Shown: piece after piece, positions 57,529 through 61,637 of the stretch
Numbering within the stretch: position 1 is the first letter of the stretch
Layout: each line of letters starts with the position of its first letter
Assembly (NCBI GenBank): GCA_001003705.1
Contig: LCPQ01000006.1
Coordinates: forward strand, 1-61,637
Origin: Parcubacteria group bacterium GW2011_GWA2_48_9
Lineage (GTDB): Bacteria; Patescibacteriota; Patescibacteriia; UBA10025
DNA length: 61,637 nt
Reading direction: 5' to 3'
The notes under the pieces: model-generated
Told to the model about the DNA's origin: nothing
The model's input: the letters and a program-made list of their open reading frames with translations, nothing else
The model's database searches: none
Translations under genes and position numbers: made by a program

Positions 57529-57714
57529 ATGGCATTCAATATAGCCCAATATATTAGAGAATCACGGGATGAACTTCGCAAAGTACTCTGGCCTTCGCGC
57601 AAAGAGACCTTACGACACACCCTGTTGGTGATTGGCGTCTCGCTCGGAGTGGCCATATTTCTTGGCATTGCGGATTTTCTTCTCAATTTCGCGGTAGCCC
57701 GGTTTCTCGCGTAA
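57529..57714 (+). CDS. secE: preprotein translocase subunit SecE
   Basis: 61 aa. ESRDELRKVLWPSRKE, then a single TM helix. Confidence 0.88.
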   Translation: MAFNIAQYIRESRDELRKVLWPSRKETLRHTLLVIGVSLGVAIFLGIADFLLNFAVARFLA

Positions 57715-57729
57715 ATTCTTTCGCACACT

Positions 57730-58275
57730 ATGCCTAAGCAGACATTAAAGCAGGGAAGAAAGTGGTATGTCCTTCACACCTACTCTGGGTATGAAGAAAA
57801 TGTGTCGCGTAATCTTCGGCAGCGCATTGAGTCAATGGACATGCAAGACAGAATATTCAGCGTATTGATTCCGACTGAGAATAAGATTAAGATAAGAAAT
57901 GGCAAGCGCCGCATAGTCACTGAAAAAATATTCCCCGGGTATGTGCTAGTCGAAATGATAGTCACGGATGACTCGTGGTACGTTGTGCGAAATACGCCGA
58001 ATGTCACCGGCTTTGTTGGTTCTGGTACGACGCCGACCCCTATTTCAGAAGACGAAGTCAAGGAAATTCAGCGACGCATGGGCATTGAAGAACCGAAGTA
58101 CAAAATCGACGTCACTGTCGGCACACCAGTCAAGATTACAGACGGGCCATTCAAAGAATTCGAAGGAAAAGTTAGTGAAATTGACGAGGCTCGCGGTAAG
58201 GTAAAGGTGTTGGTGTCGATGTTCGGCCGTGAAACTCCTGTCGAGCTCGACTTTCTCCAAGTAAAAAAGATATAA
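57730..58275 (+). CDS. nusG: transcription termination/antitermination factor NusG
   Basis: [12 protein letters not shown] (NGN domain) and the C-terminal [21 protein letters not shown]. Confidence 0.95.
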   Translation: MPKQTLKQGRKWYVLHTYSGYEENVSRNLRQRIESMDMQDRIFSVLIPTENKIKIRNGKRRIVTEKIFPGYVLVEMIVTDDSWYVVRNTPNVTGFVGSGTTPTPISEDEVKEIQRRMGIEEPKYKIDVTVGTPVKITDGPFKEFEGKVSEIDEARGKVKVLVSMFGRETPVELDFLQVKKI

Positions 58276-58277
58276 TT

Positions 58278-58706
58278 ATGGCTGAAAAAAAGATAAAAGC
58301 ATTAGTCAAACTGCAGCTAGCTGCAGGGAAAGCAACCCCGGCGCCGCCTGTCGGACCCGCACTCGGACAGCATGGGATTAACATGCAGGATTTTTGTACG
58401 AAGTTTAACGCACAGACAAAGGATAAACACGGCGATATCGTGCCTGTAGTGATCACTATCTTTGAAGACAGGACGTTTACCTTTATCATGAAGACGCCAC
58501 CTGCCGCGGAGCTTTTAAAAAAGGCTGCTGGCATCGAAAAGGGAACGAACAATCCATTGACTACGAAAGTCGGCTCGGTAACTCGTCAGCAAATAAAGGA
58601 GATAGCTGAGAAAAAAATGCCCGACCTCAACGCAAAAAACATCGAAGGCGCAATGCGCATCATTGAAGGCACTGCGCGTAGTTTAGGATTAACCGTTAAG
58701 GAATAA
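58278..58706 (+). CDS. rplK: 50S ribosomal protein L11
   Basis: [34 protein letters not shown]. Confidence 0.97.
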   Translation: MAEKKIKALVKLQLAAGKATPAPPVGPALGQHGINMQDFCTKFNAQTKDKHGDIVPVVITIFEDRTFTFIMKTPPAAELLKKAAGIEKGTNNPLTTKVGSVTRQQIKEIAEKKMPDLNAKNIEGAMRIIEGTARSLGLTVKE

Positions 58707-58710
58707 TCAT

Positions 58711-59611
58711 ATGTCAGAATCATTTCTTCCGTTCATTTCGTTCCTCATCCCCATCGGTGGACTCGCGCTGATCGCCTTCGCCGTTGCCGCTGTCATTGAA
58801 GGAAAAACTAGCCATGAAAGGGGATCGGTCATCCGGAACATATATTTTTATTTGACCTCGGTAGTTACGTTATCATTAGTTGTAGGGTCCGTCATATTCT
58901 TAGTGAACATGGCCCTGGTCTCATGGGTTTTTACGAATGCTGATTCAAATATTGCATCTAAGGTTGGCCCTCCACCATCACTCTATCTTTCAGTGTCAAG
59001 TAAGCCCATTGATCAGCCCACTGCGCTCACCTGCTCCGGGGATTGCGAACTCACTGATGCGGACAAGGAGTCTCTGTGATGCCATCGCAGCACTCTCATT
59101 TCTTATTGTCGCCCTGCCTTTTTTCCTGATTCACTTCCGCACGGTACAGAAGGATGCGCGGTCGCTGTCTTCGGATGAGCGTGGGATGATCCGTCCGACC
59201 TACTTCTACTTCGTCTCCCTTACTTCACTGTTGATGGTGGTTGTTGCTGGGGGCATTCTGATCAATTTGGGTTTGCGCACGTGGGTATTTCCAGCTGTGC
59301 AACAGGCAGAACGCGTCAGTCGCAGTAGTTCGATTGCTTTCCCCGTTGGATCCATGGAGTCAATAGGTGCTGACAGTGTAGTGAACTGCGCCGAGAAGTG
59401 CGATTTGTCCGATGATACTGTCGCGCTGTCGAAGGAATGGAAAGACGATTATCAAACATGGCAGAACGGCACCTACGACTCTGCAGACACGACACAGCGC
59501 GATGCAGCTCTCGCTATCCCATTCGTACTACTCGGTATTCCGCTTTTCTGGTACCACTGGAAGGTGACGAGGACTGAATCAAAATCCCAAATAACTCCCG
59601 AAAAGACTTAA
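58711..59611 (+). pseudogene. internally duplicated multi-pass membrane protein (DUF5671-like) inserted between rplK and rplA, with the frame interrupted near 59078
   Basis: Two homologous halves: IRNIYFYLTSVVTLSLVVGSVIFLVNMALVSWVF...CSGDCELTDAD and IRPTYFYFVSLTSLLMVVVAGGILINLGLRTWVF...CAEKCDLSDD. The first ORF stops at 59079 and the continuation (DAIAALSFLIVALPFFLIHF) is in another frame. About 20 residues seen in half 2 are absent at the junction. Confidence 0.55.
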
Positions 59612-59662
59612 TCACTTATTTTGTGGGACCCCGCGAAGCGGGGGCTTGCACCACGAAACACT

Positions 59663-60340
59663 ATGCGATCAAAACGTTTTAGGGAAGCAGAAAAACTTAT
59701 CGACAGCTCAAAGAAGTATTCTATTGACGAGGCTGTTGATTTGGTCAAGAAAACATCAAACGTAAAGTTTGACGCGGCCGTCGAACTTCACTGTCGTTTG
59801 GGCATTGAGCCGACAAAAGCCGACCAAGTGGTCCGAGGGACTGTCACCTTACCCCATGGCACTGGGAAAAAGAAAAAAATAGCTGTCTTCGCTGAAGGGA
59901 AAGATGCCGAAGCCGCAAAGAAAGCTGGCGCAGATGTTGTCGGAGGAGCCGAACTCATCAAGGAAATAAAGCAAAAAGGCGGAGCTGACTTCGAAGTTGC
60001 TGTCGCCCATCCTTCAATGATGAAACACCTCGGGCAAATTGCTAAGATACTTGGTCCCAAAGGGCTAATGCCGAACCCAAAAAGTGAAACCGTTGCTTCA
60101 GATGTTGCAAAAGCGGTGAAAGAGCTCCAAGGGGGAAAGTTGACATTCCGCAATGATGAGACCGGGAACATCCATCAAATTATTGGAAAGGTGTCATTTG
60201 ATCCGAAAAACTTGGCCGCTAATCTGACGGCATTTCTCGAAGCGCTGAAAAAAGCCAAGCCCCAGGGTGTTAAAGGAACCTATCTCCTAACTGCGACTGT
60301 GTGTTCGTCAATGGGGCCGAGTATCCGACTCGCATTGTAA
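59663..60340 (+). CDS. rplA: 50S ribosomal protein L1
   Basis: ATG 59663 (MRSKRFREAEKLID). VRGTVTLPHGTGKKKKIAVF and LGPKGLMPNPK. Confidence 0.95.
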   Translation: MRSKRFREAEKLIDSSKKYSIDEAVDLVKKTSNVKFDAAVELHCRLGIEPTKADQVVRGTVTLPHGTGKKKKIAVFAEGKDAEAAKKAGADVVGGAELIKEIKQKGGADFEVAVAHPSMMKHLGQIAKILGPKGLMPNPKSETVASDVAKAVKELQGGKLTFRNDETGNIHQIIGKVSFDPKNLAANLTAFLEALKKAKPQGVKGTYLLTATVCSSMGPSIRLAL

Positions 60341-60350
60341 TAATCACCCT

Positions 60351-60818
60351 ATGCCAAAACGATCGAATTATATCTCATGGGATGAATGCTTCATGCGGAT
60401 GGCGCATGTCATTGCGGAGCGTTCAAAAGACCCGAGCACGCAGGGAGGCGCCGTGATTGTCAATCTTTCAAAAATCATTGTTGGCATCGGTTATAACGGT
60501 TTCCCGCGTGGATTGAACGACGACGAGTTTCCATGGGAGCGTCAGGGTGACTTTCTCGACACGAAATATGCCTACGTCGTCCATGCTGAGGAAAATGCCA
60601 TCTACAATGCTAACGCTCGAACTGACGATTGCATTATTTATACAACACTTTTCCCATGCAATGAATGCGCCAAAACACTGATTCAGAACGGGATCAAACA
60701 AGTGGTGTATGAAAGTGATAAATACCATGATGAGGACATCTGGAAAGCGTCGAGGCGGATGCTTGACGCGGCTGGCATCGCGTACCGTCAATACTCGTCA
60801 GAGTGGGCGAAAAAATAA
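60351..60818 (+). CDS. dCMP deaminase (ComEB-type cytidine/deoxycytidylate deaminase)
   Basis: VHAEENAI and PCNECAKTLIQ zinc motifs. Confidence 0.9.
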   Translation: MPKRSNYISWDECFMRMAHVIAERSKDPSTQGGAVIVNLSKIIVGIGYNGFPRGLNDDEFPWERQGDFLDTKYAYVVHAEENAIYNANARTDDCIIYTTLFPCNECAKTLIQNGIKQVVYESDKYHDEDIWKASRRMLDAAGIAYRQYSSEWAKK

Positions 60819-60833
60819 TTTCTCAGGCCCCCT

Positions 60834-61379
60834 ATGATTATTGGGCTGACGGGTCTTCCCGCCGCCGGCAAAGGAACCATCGTTAAGTACCTCGTTGAAA
60901 AGTACCAGGCGAGGCAGATTCGGTTTTCCGACCCACTACGCGACATGATACACCGTGTATACCAGGAACAGACCAGGGAAAGTATGTCGCATTTCGGAAC
61001 GTTTGTACGAAAGGAATTTGGCGAGGATATTCTCGTGAAAACGCTTTTGCACGACATCGAAAAGATGGAGGGCAGCCTCTTTGTACTGGATGGGATGCGT
61101 TTTTTGAATGAATTTGATACGCTCTCACGGGAAGCCGAATTCAGCATGTGGGCGGTAGATACCGAGTTATCGAAGCGCTATGAACGCATCGTTAAACGCG
61201 GTGAAAACACCAGCGATAACACCCTCTCCCGTGAACAGTTCGAGAAACAACACGAGCTCCCAACCGAAGTCCATATACCCACCCTGATGGACAAAGCGCA
61301 CGCGCGTATCAATAACAACGGAACTTTTGAGCAGCTGTACGCACAGGTAGACCTGCTCATGAAAGGAATGGCCAGATGA
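60834..61379 (+). CDS. P-loop (d)NMP kinase-like protein
   Basis: Walker A IIGLTGLPAAGKGT. Its size and its position between the dCMP deaminase and the dUTPase suggest a nucleotide kinase. The exact specificity is unknown. Confidence 0.6.
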   Translation: MIIGLTGLPAAGKGTIVKYLVEKYQARQIRFSDPLRDMIHRVYQEQTRESMSHFGTFVRKEFGEDILVKTLLHDIEKMEGSLFVLDGMRFLNEFDTLSREAEFSMWAVDTELSKRYERIVKRGENTSDNTLSREQFEKQHELPTEVHIPTLMDKAHARINNNGTFEQLYAQVDLLMKGMAR

Positions 61380-61637
61380 GGTTGGAGATAAAAAAACTCT
61401 TTCCCGATGTAAAGCTGCCGTCGTATTCGCATGACCAGGATGCGGCGTTTGACGTGTATTCAAACGAAGACTATACACTCAAACCCGGCGAGCGCCATCA
61501 TTTCGGCCTCGGGTTTTCAGCTGAATTTGACGTTGGTTATGGTTGTTTCATATGGGACCGTGGCGGGCTGGCTTCCAAAAAAGGCGTCACATCCGCGAAA
61601 GGGATTACTCCCGCGAATGGACGCCTTTGTCCTTTTC
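61376..61637 (+). CDS. dut: dUTPase, 3' end cut by window edge, with a possible frame disturbance near 61601
   Basis: My translation is MRLEIKKLFPDVKLPSYSHDQDAAFDVYS...IWDRGGLASKKGV. After about 61601 the +1 frame reads DYSREW, resembling the GxIDxDYRGE motif, while the original frame does not. Confidence 0.65.
   Translation, partial: MRLEIKKLFPDVKLPSYSHDQDAAFDVYSNEDYTLKPGERHHFGLGFSAEFDVGYGCFIWDRGGLASKKGVTSAKGITPANGRLCPF

Overview
This 61.6-kb window is mostly housekeeping genes, almost all on the + strand. They include argS (5'-truncated by the window edge), ileS, glyQS, metG, pheS and pheT. Also present are recO, gyrB, a complete F1Fo ATP synthase operon (atpZ-B-E-F-H-A-G-D-C), secE-nusG-rplK-(insert)-rplA, rpsU, rsmI, tatD, rmuC and a pit/DUF47 pair. 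An ABC-2 efflux pair and a dCMP deaminase / P-loop kinase / dUTPase cluster complete the core set.

Gene content suggests a reduced-genome Patescibacteria/CPR (Parcubacteria-like) bacterium. The clues are a small TrbC/VirB2-type pilin, a DUF5671-like membrane protein, a DUF11-like surface protein, short aaRS forms and a short ATP synthase delta subunit. This is an inference from content, not a database result.

No rRNA, tRNA, CRISPR array, transposase, integrase or recognisable defence system was found.

Between the core genes sit several self-contained orphan cassettes, each with its own near-consensus TTGACA-17-TAnnnT promoter and a hairpin/T-tract terminator:
- 10.35-13.15 kb: thioesterase, OMP-like protein and a receiver-domain remnant.
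- 21.5-25.2 kb: secreted Cys protein, T4SS-type pilin, an orphan ~410-aa protein and three small membrane proteins.
- 30.4-31.1 kb: orphan TonB C-terminal-domain protein.
- 37.9-38.3 kb: orphan protein.
- 45.6-47.0 kb: two mini Cys proteins, a GNAT and a small orphan.
- 58.7-59.6 kb: membrane-protein insert between rplK and rplA.

The most unusual items are:
1. A membrane-anchored, zinc-finger-capped Clp/Hsp100 ATPase with a degenerate D1 ring, lying 10 nt upstream of a giant M4 metalloprotease with a cysteine-rich tail.
2. Diderm-type genes (TonB-C, an OMP-like protein) in an apparently monoderm-type genome.
3. Dispersed ACGAAT-type octamer arrays, one forming a large palindrome at a divergent promoter.
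4. A hairpin-repeat pair inside the atp operon, directly over the atpC ribosome-binding region.
5. Tandem S21 paralogues.
6. Several genes whose reading frames are broken by short deletions (helicase-nuclease, DUF5671-like, possibly dut).

I did not recognise any established novel system. The candidates are ranked in the findings with explicit uncertainty.
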